A stretch of 64,000 nucleotides of DNA. Origin: Lama glama. Taxonomy: Eukaryota. Shown piece after piece: positions 25,635 to 37,545 of this stretch. The stretch lies in contig CM052816.1 of assembly GCA_028534125.1 (NCBI GenBank), forward strand, positions 75,952,001-76,016,000. Reading direction: 5' to 3'. Below the pieces are notes generated by a model. That model saw only the letters and a list, made by a program, of their open reading frames with translations, did not search any database and was not told the DNA's origin. Every line of letters begins with the position of its first letter. Within the stretch, counting starts at the first letter, position 1. Made by a program: the position numbers and the translations under genes.

Positions 25635-26586
25635 GTTTCTTCTCTGAGACCCACTTTGTCCTACCGTCTCATTCTTTGAAACTTTTCCCTGAAATTACCC
25701 TTTTCTTACTGACATGGACTTGTTGAACTTCAGCTGGATTTCAACATCTTACCAGTAATACAGATTAGATAATAGTTTGGTAAGTGGGAAAATGAATTCT
25801 AGTGGCATGGAATCCAGCCCTAGGGACTTTACAGTTTTGCTTAGCGCCTATTTTAGTTGCATTCTACTGTTTGTGAACAAAAAAAGATAGTGCCAGAAAA
25901 TTGAAATGCAAGCCATTTGCACATTGAATAGCTTACTGGGGCCATTATAGCCTTAGAAACTGTCTATGGTGAACCTGGCAGTTCCAGGAATGTGGTCTGT
26001 CTTACAGAGCAGAGAGAGGGGAATGTGCTCCTTAAGTCTTATCCATTTACCACATAACTTTCTGTGGACATCTAGGTTCTTACAATTCCACTCAGCTGAA
26101 ACAGTCATCATTGGAAATTACTAAACTTGAAATCCTGCCCTACTCTGTTTAAGAGTTTAGGGATCCAAGGAGACATCGTTTTCAGGCATTTTCATTCAAA
26201 GAATGAACCTGATGCTGAGATGGTTAGATGTACCTCCTGGAAAGAATGAAAATAACAATTCTTTGTTTTCCCCATGAGAGCACCAGCTGATAAGGAAAGA
26301 TGCAGGAGCTGGTTCTGTGGCTAGTTTCTGTTGGGAATGCTTTCAGACAGGCAAAAATTTTAGGAATTGAAGAGAATATCTAAATAATAAGAAAATCCCT
26401 ACTAATAGTCTCCCAGACATACTCAGGAATCCCAAACAAACAGAAAATGAATATTTCAAAGTAATTTTCAAAGGAATTTAATCAGACTGACATCCCAGAA
26501 TGAGATAGGGGTGAGCATTATGTAGAAGGATGAAGTTCTTTTTAGAAAGGCTCATAAGAGAATATAAAAGAATCAGTCCAGGCAGT

Positions 26587-26790
26587 GGGGGACAGTATAG
26601 TTCTAGTAGTAGAGTACATGCTTAGCATACACAAGGTCCTGGGTTCTACCCTGAATACCTCTTCTAAAAGATAAATAAACAGGTAAACCTGATTACCTCC
26701 TCTGCATGAGGTCCTGGGTTCAATCCTCAGTACCTCCTCTAAAACATAAATAAGTAAACCTGATTACCTATTCTACCTGTCCCTCCCAAT
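26587..26790 (+). mobile_element. tRNA-derived SINE, camelid Vic-1 type, with a duplicated 3' half
   Basis: 'ggggacagtatagttctagtagtagagtacatgcttagcatacacaaggtcctgggttc...tacctc...ataaataaa...aaacctgattacctcc' matches the Vic-1 layout as I recall it. Confidence 0.85.
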
Positions 26791-26844
26791 CAGAATAGGG
26801 GCTCTAACAAGCTTAAGGAAGTTATGCGGTCCTTGGTTATAATT

Positions 26845-27010
26845 TTTAAAACTTGTATGTTGAAATCTTAATATTTAGAATATATTAGGCTAAATAAAAT
26901 CTATCTTTAAAGTTGGTTTCACTTTTTAAAAAATTTTCTTCACTAGAAATTTGAATTGTACATGTGTTCACATTTGTGGCTTGCATTTATGTTTCTGTTG
27001 GACGGTGCTG
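26845..27010. mobile_element. MER33/MER3-type hAT-Charlie fragment
   Basis: 'aatatattaggctaaataaaat...cactagaaatttgaatt...gtggcttgcatttatgtttctgttggacggtgctg'. Confidence 0.75.
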
Positions 27011-28967
27011 AGTTAGACACTGCAAAACTGTGCCTTCTTGGACAGGTCATATAACTGTCTGGGCTTTAGAACAAGTATCTGTGGAAGGCAGGAAATAAAG
27101 TTGGCCGGCTGGACCTGCATCTTGTATCCTTTGATAATATTTGCCTCATTTCCAAATTTGAATCCTTTCTCTGGTAAATGTTTGAGCGTTGAAAACTGTT
27201 TGTGATGAATGACAATTTTTGTATTTCTGAATCTGCATCATATAGTCTCTACCAGTTCAGGTCCCACAACTTTAGCTCATTTGCACGTAATCTCTAAATA
27301 TAGCTCATTACTTGTGACAAGTAAATAGAGGAGTGTACCCCCAAATCTTGGGAAACCCAAGGATGGAGAGTGTAGGGCAAGGGTCATAGAATGAGTCAGG
27401 GCCTGGGCTAGGATTAGCATCTCTGTGACTCATGGTCTCATTCTAACCACTAGACAATTCTCTTGAGAAATCCTGAGGGTGATGGCCCTTTCCCTACCAG
27501 GGCACTGAGGATTGCTGAATCAGTATTTGTCAAGCTGACTGTGTAAGTGATAAAAGCTGGGTGGGGAGCAGCACATTTGGTGGATATTAGTGTGTGGTGC
27601 TGGGCTGTCTACATATGAGCTACAATAGACGATACATCACTGGTTTGCCACAAGAAACAGTGTAAGGAGAACCCACTAATGTTCTCACTTTAGTGAAACA
27701 TGGAGGAAGTCCCACAGCAGAAGTGAAAATGTTACTTCCTACTTTAAATAATGTTTTCAAGATGGAAACATTGTATTTAGAGAAATAACTTAAGAATAAG
27801 CCTAATACAGCTTTTACAAGGTTGAAACTTAGCACAGTTGGGTGGGAGTTAGAAGAATTGCACAGATTCACTTGCATGCCAGCAGGTATTTGGGCAGGGG
27901 TGTTGTCTCCTGACCAAGGTAGCTACATCTGTGCCAAAGGCATATTTAAGTTTTTGAAGATCGTATTTGACAAAACTTAGCTTTATTCCTGTAATAGTTT
28001 ATACACAACTTTCTTGTGGCAGTGATCACAGTGTTTTAGTTGTGTGTCAACATCTATGTCTTCAGTTATTCTTTGAACATCTCAAGGGAAGGTACTGTGT
28101 GATTTTCTTTCTGTTTCTCCCACACTAAACAATGTCTGCTACCTAGACAGCAGTTATAAAGGTTTGATGTATTGAGTAAGTCTTATTTATTTAGGCATAG
28201 GAGGCAGAAAGAGGGAAAAAGAACTCATGAACCACAGGAGCTTCTACTAAAAGAGACTAGTAAGTAGGGAGTCTAACTTCGTCCTTTGAAATTTTAAAGC
28301 ATCGGCCTATTCTTTGAACTGGAAAAGGGCAGAAGGAAGATGAAATATTGAACATACAAATCTAAGCTCACAGTTTACCATGAGGTAGACAGTTGAGAAG
28401 TAAAATATTTGGGGTAAGAAATGAACAGGAGTGAGGTGTTAGAGCCTGGAAGCTAGAAAGGAGAAAAGAAGAGTTTGGGGAAGGTGGAGAGGCTGAGGAG
28501 TTGGTACGGAGTGGATGAGAGATGAATACTCATTGCAGGATATGGCTAGTGGGTTTTTCAAACAGCGAGTCTAATATTCAGTTTTAAGTTTTTGTACTGT
28601 GTTGTTCATATAAATTTTTACTGTATTGTAATCTCTGTCCATAACTACCCCTACCACCCCCATTTAGTGCAAATTTGCAGCACAGAATTTGGTAATGGTG
28701 CTTGGGAATGAAGAAACTGAAGCAGTTTCTAGCCAGGAATGGGAGTGTGAACGTCTTTCAAAGGCAGCCAGTACAGGAAGGAAGATCCAATATGGAACTT
28801 AGAAACAGGGCATTATGAAAACATATACAAGCAACATTACACACTATACATACTCTCTCCTTAGATTAAAAGATACATTCTTCTAATTCCACAAAAGGAA
28901 CGTTGGCTCAAGGGCAACAATTTTTCAAACAGTTTTTCAATCGCCAGTTGCCTTGGCGATTGTAGCA

Positions 28968-29242
28968 GGCATTTGATGAGGACTTGTTCTTTGCCAAATA
29001 CTGTTTTAAATACTTCAGATGTATTAAATTATTTAATCCCCTGACAACCCTGTAGCCTCTGAGATACAGAAAGACTAAGTGACTTGTCCAACTCGTTTAA
29101 TTCTCGCAGCACTGAAGCAGGAACTATTCTATCCCCATTTTAGAGATCAGGAATCTGAGGCACAGGAAGTTAATTTACTTGCCTAGGTCACACAGCTACT
29201 AAGTGGTGGAACTGAGATTTGGACACAGACAGTTTGACTCAG
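28968..29242 (-). mobile_element. Two adjacent MIR fragments
   Basis: Two 'tttaat(c/t)c...' MIR segments, and the core 'tatccccattttagagatcaggaatctgaggcacaggaagttaatttacttgcctaggtcacacagct'. Confidence 0.85.
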
Positions 29243-30061
29243 TAGGTTTTCATAAACATTTTCAAAAGCTGCATAAGCCTTTATTGAGCTAAGCACTGTA
29301 AGACATAGAGGTACAAAAATAAATGAAAAAATAATCATTTCTTCGAAGTGCTCCGATTCCCAGTTGGGGGAGGGGTGTGTGTGTGTAGGAGGAGTAAGCG
29401 GTGAAATAAGACATTGTTGATATTCCCCACGATGCTCTTATTTTCACTAGGGAAAAGGAAACGAGGATGAAAGCTCTCCTTGTGGGTTATACCTAATACT
29501 TGAATAAATCTTAGAGGATTTCCTAAGTGTACATTCATTATTTAATTTAAAAAAAATCAGCTTTTTGACTGGTCTGCTGATTTTTAGGGAGGGACAACAG
29601 TACAATTCAGAATTTGAGGCCAAGGTATCTACAGGGGGTTCCTTCCCATCTGTCATAATGTTTAACCCGTCTCCACTTTGTGCTCATCCTAAATGTCTTC
29701 TCCACACGGGGCCACCACCTGCTGACCAGTCACAGCTGGAGATGGTGGCTTCTGGCATAATTGAAATTCAGAGGCAGGACCCACTTGAAGAGGAGTCATC
29801 AGTGATTGAAATGATGGGAGTGTTAGACATTACAGAGTTATTATTCAGATTTCGAAAGTAAGGGTGTGTGGAAAGTGCTGTATTATGCAGATATATGTTT
29901 CTTTATGGATCATGGTAAAATTTTACTCTTTGTGTTTTCTTATCGAATTTCTGTTTCCAAAGACAGTTAAGCCCCTTTGGATGAAGACATCTAAGTTTCA
30001 TTTTAAATATAATATTATGATAACTATATGGGTGTGATTCTATCTTCCTTCACTCTCTTTC

Positions 30062-30530
30062 TGTATCATTTGAAATTGAGTTTCTATTAAGAGTTACAAC
30101 TGGCAGTGGCTTAAATAAATAGGAATTTGTTTGTATTTTACACACATACACACACACAAATAAATCTGGGGGAAGGTAATCCAGGGATGTCATAGGCACC
30201 TGGGCTGACTCTCTTCCTCTCTCCAAAAATGTAAGATATTGGCCTCTTGCTTGCCAGCTCATGGTCACAAGATGGCTGCTGCACCTGGAGATTCATATAC
30301 ATATTCCAGGCATATGCATAAAGTGTCAGCGGCCCAAGGGAATGCTAGCTTAGTCTCTCTATCTCAAAAGACTTTCTCTAAAGCTCTACTCAGCAACTTT
30401 TGTTTATATCTCATTATCTAGATCTCACATGGCCACCTTCAGCACATGCATACTGCTGTCCCAAATAAAATTGGGGTTCTCTTAGTAAGGAAGGAGGAGC
30501 CCCTGTATTGGGTGTACCATCAGCAGTGTT
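30062..30530 (-). mobile_element. MaLR LTR (MLT1J-like)
   Basis: 'cagtggcttaaataaatagga', 'tcatggtcacaagatggctgctgcacct' and 'aaataaaattggggttctcttagtaaggaaggagg'. Confidence 0.75.
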
Positions 30531-30739
30531 GTATTCTCTCATTTGTCCTCTCAAATATCAGGTATTTGTAGAACTGTATTTAGTTACAAAAACCTTAGAG
30601 ATAATGCAGACCAGTATTGCCTTCTCATTTTACAGATAAGGGCACCAAAGACCAGAAATATTGAGTTTTCCATTTAAAGTCAGGAAAGAAAGAAATGGGA
30701 AACTTAATTCTTACATCACTTATGGTTCATATTACATTG

Positions 30740-31040
30740 GTACTTTATTGTATGCACTACAGTGTAAGTTACTTGAATTACTTGAATGTATTGTATATTG
30801 TGTTTATTACTTGAATTTATTGTACACTGTATTGATTTGTTTGCGTATCCATTTATTTATTATGTTTATTGCCTTAGGTTTACTTGTTTTATACTGTATC
30901 ATTTATTTCTTATTGTATTTATTACTTAAATGGATTGCATTTTGTATAAAATATACGTATTTTACATTTATGGTGTATTATACTTATTACTTCAATTTAT
31001 TTTATATGTTTTTATATGTTACAGTAAAAATAACTTGAAT
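30740..31040. repeat. AT-rich degenerate tandem repeat
   Basis: TTATT(A/G)C motif, mostly followed by TT(G/A/C)AAT, at 30804, 30866, 30919 and 30984. Confidence 0.6.
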
Positions 31041-33611
31041 GAAGAACTGCCAAATTTATCTTTATGTCTTGTTCAGTAAATACCAAAAAATTCACTGGAG
31101 AGACATTTTTAAATATTATTTGAATTTATTGTGTGATGAATATCATTAACAAAATGTCAGAGCGGAGAAGGAAGGGAACTTATATCTAAAAGGAATCAAT
31201 TCAAAAAGTAGAAGAAGCATAGCGATATAAAATATTAATTAGAGAACAACCCTCAGTATGCAGGAATGTATCAATTGGGGAACCGAAGTTTCATTACTTC
31301 GAAGTTTCAAACCAAAGTCCCACCTACTGCTTCATGATAACCCTGATGAATGGAGAGATGAAGAGGAGTGATGTATATGACATTAGGTTCTTCTGAGAAA
31401 TCTTTGCCGCTTCAGACTGCTGGTTGGGTGCCATTATGGTCAATATGTATGTCAAACCAACTTCTTCCAGGTCTTGTACTTTGTTTGTTCTCTAATTTTC
31501 TTAATCTTATTAGTCTCAGAGTTTTCTTTCTTTTCTTTGTATCTTTCAGCAGTAAGGAGGACTAAAATTTTCCCCAACAGCAACAATTGTCCTAACTTTC
31601 CTTTCCAAAAACTAGTTTAGCTTTAGAAGCTTCCGTTAGGCTGATTGTATTCTGGCTCTTCACTTTACATGTCTTACGTGTCTTTTCCTGGGGGTACTTT
31701 CCAGCGTGCATCATGGGAACTCAGGTTTGTAAATCAGACCTCCTAAGAAGGGTCTCTTGATTTGATTTCTCAATTGATCTACAATCAATTTGCTTAAGCT
31801 CAGGGGTCACAAATTCTAAATGTTTCTCAGGACGTCATTGTTCTTGAACATACATAATGGATTTTTAGCATTGATTTTTATTCTACCTGCACTTAAAGCT
31901 TCTTAGGTAGACAAGGGCTGTGCTTTTTATTACTTAATGATGTCTTGTTGGAAGGAATCTTTCTGTGAAGTAATGACATTTCTTTCTTCTTTAGGGGAAG
32001 AAATACAAAATCAAGTATTCTTTCTCTTAATATAAAATCAAGTATTCTACTATTTCAACATCATAGAAATAAGAGTTTGGTAAAAGATTTCCCTGGGAAT
32101 TGCCAAGAATTAAGTCACCAAAAGAGAACCTGAGGAAGTTAACAATTACCACCCTGGGTCAGACAGGGCTTACCTAGCTGGGTTCAGGGTATGTCAATTA
32201 TCTCCAATTGTTGAGTGAGTTAAGTGTTGCGAGTACCCTCAGGTGGGAAAAAACGTACTTACTGGGCATCCCGAAAGGAAAGGTGAGCTTCAAAAGGAGA
32301 GACTTGATGGGTAGACAGGCTTGAGGTAGGATGCCATCAGTGCTACACAGCACTGGCTTGGAGCAGTCGTCAAAATAGCCTAAACATCATTAAAGATATA
32401 ATCAACCCCAAACTGCCCCCAGTACCTGTGCTTCAAGCAATAAGCATGCTAAGATACTCCTGAGGTCCAGTAATAGTGATTTTCAAGGGAGACAAAAAAG
32501 ATAATTGTAGAGTATTCAAAGTTCAAAGAGAATCTTTAGGGGTAGAAGTAAGAACAGGATTTGTGTAGGCAGAGTAGATCAGAGTCAGAAAGAACGATCT
32601 TGGAGGGATTAAGAAATAGAGTTTAAGAGGCACTGAGGCCCCAACTGGAGCTAGCAAATATCTTTAACTTACAGACCAGTTATATTTCACAGATGGATCT
32701 CTTCTTATGTCCCTGTGCTTTATTCCTTCCCTCTTTTTCTGCTAGATACTTAATTTGTTAGCAAAAGATTTTTTTTGAAATCGTATCTCAGAAGAAATCA
32801 AGATGCATTGTGTGTCCAGGATGATATGTGGTTGTTGGCTGGGGGTGTCAGTAACTTGAGTTTATGGATTTGTGTTTGAAAATGGTGGTGGAGGCGTGTC
32901 AGGCAAGGAAGAAAAGGAGAATGGAAGAAAATAAAACAACTGGAAATATAGGCAAAAGAGAGAAAGAATCCAGACCAACTTACCTGGGGTGGCCTGAATA
33001 TAATTTTGTTTAAAAAATTACTTTCCATTGTTGGACAGCTCTGGTGGTTAGAAAGGTTCTCTGGTTATTTCTACCCAATGAATTAAGTTTTGCCTCCAGA
33101 ACAATAAAACAAACTCCTTCTTCAGCAGGACAGCTTCTCAAACTCAAAGCTAAGGTTGTATTTGCCACAAGTCTGAGGAACCAAAGAATGTGTTTACAAT
33201 CCAGAAAAATCTATAGTAAAAATTATTGATGAAAACAGTAATAAGCATACACTTAATTGTTTTATTAATTAAATCACATACTTCCAAACAGTGCCATTTC
33301 AGTGATCTTAGAGTTAAATATCAGTTTTATAGTGTGTTCATAAACATTTGTGAGTCCTTTTGAATTTCTCTTTCCTGGCTTTGAAACTCAAAGGATAAAG
33401 CAGCTTTAAGTGGAAATATCTACATTTCTAAGTACTAGATTCTCTTGGTATTTAACCTCAAAGATTTTGCCTTATTTTAGGTTTCCTCTTGCAGGAAGGA
33501 TTCTTCCGCTCAAGGGTGGAGTGGAGATTGAAAGTTAAACTCAACCCAGACAGAATAAACCAACAAACCACAATAAAAATGAAAAGAAAATATTTACCTC
33601 ACTGGGCAGTG

Positions 33612-33682
33612 GACACGCACGCAGCATGCATGCACACACCTGTGCACGTACACACACACGCATGTACACCCACACACATACC
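33612..33682. repeat. Degenerate (CA)-rich microsatellite
   Basis: 'acacgcacgcagcatgcatgcacacacctgtgcacgtacacacacacgcatgtacacccacacacatac'. Confidence 0.8.
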
Positions 33683-36557
33683 ACCCTGTTACTCTGACCT
33701 CATGCTCCAGAAGCTAGAGGCCTTACACGTAGACTTTTAGATGACTTTACTCTTTGGCCCACTGGCAGAGGTCTCTGAGCTTCTACATTGCCTTCTTTCA
33801 TGTCTGCCAACTGACTGAGGATGAGGGTTGAATCAGCTTTGAAAATCATTCTCATTCATTATTATTTATTCAAACTATATTCTTCCCCATCCAGTCATGA
33901 TGTGGGGAACTTAATTCCAAATATTTCAGCCTAGAGCAGTGTGATGTTAGTTTCTAGTTAGCTAGAGCATCAGTTCTTGGAGTGGTCAGGTGCCCTGGTG
34001 GAGAATCCCCATCTGAAGGATGGACAGCAGGCATTATCCCAGAAAAGCCAGTCTCCAAAGCTGGCTGCCACAGGTACTTCAGCTACCCTATATTGATGAG
34101 AACCAGAGGTTTTGTTAAAATTAGCATAGTGAATGTCAGACATATTTTTTTATTTGGTGACATTTTTGGCTTGTTAGCATAACAGATACTAGAAATGAGC
34201 TTGCACTGATAAAATTAAAGGTAGCCAGGACATGTGGAGTGGCTAAAATATTTAGAAAGATACTTTTACATAAACAAATTCTAAGATAGAGTGAATTCTA
34301 TGGCCTATTCTATAAGATGGTGCTTGAGGCTTAATCTCTAAACCTTTGTCAAGCCATTATTGAGGAGGATTTCTGGTTGGTTAATGCCAATGTCAGAGTA
34401 CTAGAAACTGACCTTCAGAATGTTATGTCCACCTCACAGAAACCCTGTCATGGAAGGTGATGGTTTGACACCATCACCGTCAAGAAGGACAGAGAGCTAG
34501 CAGAGAAGTTTGAGTCAACCTTTGCTCTTTGCTTGCGCATGGAGTTAGTTATTGTGATGGTAGAATTGGGCACAAAGCTTGATTCCATTCTCACCTGGTA
34601 GAGATATTGTGGAAGAGTTGCTAATACATGTGTACTTCCAACATTTTGAGCAATTAACATTATCAGAAAGAATCTAAGAACTGTGCATGATCAAAATGGC
34701 TTGGGTCAATTTGCCATCCCCTCTAAAGAATTATTTTTCAACTCCCCAGTCCACTGTATCATCTTACCTTAAATGTCTTCAGCACATTGAGAGAGCACAA
34801 ACAGCTTCTTGTAGTCACTTTGGAATTTTCGGAAGTCTCGGGTTGCCATGGACAGCCAAAGGAAGAAGGGTTGCGGGGTGAAAGAGAAAGTGCACGCCAT
34901 CAGCCATACTGTCCTCTGCCTGGCCAATGTGATGATATTTCCTGAAGGGCATGTGGGGACAGGCGACCAAAGTCCTTATTCACTCCCAGTGGGGGCCTAC
35001 TCCATGTGGTGAGTGTCTCAACTGAGGGATTTTTATGTCCCTTTGGATTAGCTGCATGGGTCAAGGGCAAAAGTGAAGCCTGTATCATTTCCCTGCCCCT
35101 TTCCCGTGGCGAGGCAATGTGTGTGGTCCTCTGGGCAGAGCATTTAGTGAGAACAGGGATAGTGGAATGAGTTCTCCCAGCTGGATGGAGATGCACGCCG
35201 GAAAGAGGATGCTCTGGGACTAATCAGTGACTATAAGTGTCTGTGCTTTTTGTTCCTCCTTTGTGGCAGGCTACTCTCTTAGAGCATCTTTGAGATAGTC
35301 ATGTCACTGGCATAAACAGAGAAAAAATTTTTCCTCCTTTGAGTCAGCTTTATCTACAGTTATTGGAAATATCATCTGACAAGTCACTTCCCAAGTGCCT
35401 TGAGGACTTTTGTCTCAAAAAGGAAGATGAGTAGCTCAGGGTAATGGGACAGGAAACTTTTGCTTTAGCAGAATCCAAGTAAAAGGCAGCAGTTAAATAT
35501 TTTTGAAGCCGTGTGTGTGGCCTACTTTTGCCTCTCATCTTCCATCTCTTGGCATTTTCTTGGCAGCCACAGCTTGAGCCAATGGTGAGCAATATGAAGA
35601 GGGTCAAAGCCATTGCCACCAGGAGGTAGGTACATCACCCTACTGATGCTAGTCATTTAGCTGGTCTGCACCAGGGGCCACGCCAAGAGAGAGGCACTAA
35701 GTTTTCGGGAAAAAGCCCATGATGTCTGGGAAACTGGAAACTAAGACATTAAAACTTTAAATAATTTTATCTTTACAACTATCTATAATTTATAATCCAG
35801 GTCAGTTTCTGTGGGTAATACAAGTTTCTTTGAAGATAAAAGCAGGGTTTGGTGTGTGCACTTATCAGTGGCTGTTGTAACATGTTTGGAGTTTGGGTGT
35901 GTAAGTTCTTAAAACAACCATGTTCCTTTTACCTGCTAGTCCAGTCATGAGTTGTACTATTGATTGCATCTGTGTCTATTTCTGGAGTTGGACTGGATGT
36001 GAAGACAGATGTGAGTGGCTTGGTAATAATTATTTCTCTAATGGCAGAGACGTTTTCATTATTTATCTGTTGCAGAATCACTGACACCCCTTGTTTTTCA
36101 GTTGTAAAATAATGTGCACAATTGTGGTATATTTTCTTGTGTCTCCTTTTGCTTATTAGTCTTGCACCCCTGGGTAGGGTGTTCTCAGTAAGTTTTCATT
36201 GTGTTTGCAAGTGTGTGTGCGTCTGGGTAAGCTATGTAAATACAGGTTAGCAGTTTAGCGTTTCAACCAAGTAGTGCTTTTGCTGTGGAAAAATGGCAAT
36301 AATTTGAAGTTAGGCTCATCTGATTGGTTCTAAAGGGAGGTGTAAGTGTGGACACCAACAGAAAAAGGAAGGAGCTGAGTAAGTAAGAGTGGGAGGGAAA
36401 AGTTTGATTTTTATCTTCCAGCCCTTAGGAACGGAATTCAGATGTGGCTGATCATTGATGTATGGAGAGGGTCAGAGGCATTAGAAGGCACGTGAATTTT
36501 GTCTGTAGGTGATCAGCTAAGAAGAATCCCATACATGTCGAGGTCTGGAACACTCAG

Positions 36558-36945
36558 TTCATTCATACATTCATTCACTCAGTAGATACGTATTTTCGTG
36601 TCAACAGATATTTATTAGGTGCTGGAGTTACTGTAGTAAACAGGATTAAGACCTCATGGAATATGCTGCGGGGGGAGAAAGCAAACAAACAGATGAATGT
36701 ACTATGTAATTTCAGGGAACGTGAGAGAGATGAGGAAAAGTGATTAAGTAGAAACCTGAGTGACATGCAGGAGGCAGCCTGAGGGAAACTGGGAGAGGGA
36801 GAGAGTGTAGAGGAAAGGAAACAGGAAAGAGAGGGACGGGGTGTGGGGCTTGGAGGATTTTGATCTCTGCTGGCTGGGAAACCATATAAGGATTTGTACA
36901 TGGAAGTGATGTCATCTGATTAATGGCTTTAAAGTCTCACTCAGG
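36558..36945 (-). mobile_element. L2 3' end
   Basis: 'ttcattcatacattcattcactcag...atatttattaggtgctggag' tail, followed by L2-like purine-rich sequence. Confidence 0.75.
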
Positions 36946-37317
36946 TGCATCATCTCTTGTATGTTTACTGGCTCTGTATCAGTTCTGTCAGGAAATCATT
37001 TTATTTTCAAAGCAACAATTGAGTGGTCTCATGATATTTTTTCTAAAGCTACAGTAACCTCAATTTTCCAGAAATGCTAGTCTGTAATATTCACTTTTGA
37101 CTGGGGCTTAGACAAGGAACTATCAGGGCAGTTGTGAAGTAGTATATAACCTCAGTAGTTTATAACTGGTAGAAAAAAGGGTATAGCTCAAATGCCAAGA
37201 AAATAGTTATTCTTAATTGATTAGCTTGCAACACACCTGCTTTCTGTGTTTCTGTAGTCGGACTTTTTGGTAAAATCAGGAACCTGTGGGGTGTTCAACT
37301 GTCTATCAGATATCCAA

Positions 37318-37545
37318 GGTGGTACAGAGCAGTGCTTTGGAGGAAGGGCTTAGACGATGGCTGACTGGGTTTGAAACTCACCTCTGCCATTACTAACTAG
37401 CTGCTTAACTACAGTGAACCTCTGAATAACTGCAAGAGAGGTGTAATGTGAGTATCCCCCTTATGGGGTTGCGTGAAGATTAAATGAGATAATGTATGGG
37501 AGTTGTTCCTTATGTAACTTAAGTCCTCAGTGAATGCTATTATTG
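37318..37545 (+). mobile_element. MIR SINE
   Basis: 'ctgggtttgaaactcacctctgccattactaactagctg...ggggttgcgtgaagattaaatgagataatgtatg'. Confidence 0.8.

Noticed and set aside
26587..26665. Possible tRNA gene
   Set aside because: Degenerate A and B boxes followed by a SINE tail; this is a SINE head.
30661..31038. 125-aa hydrophobic ORF
   Set aside because: Product of an AT-rich degenerate repeat.
34456..34478. 9-bp hairpin GGTGATGGT/ACCATCACC
   Set aside because: Within chance expectation for 64 kb and too short for a pre-miRNA.
37179..37190. GGGTATAGCTCA resembling a tRNA/Vic-1 head
   Set aside because: Only 12 nt, with no B box or body.
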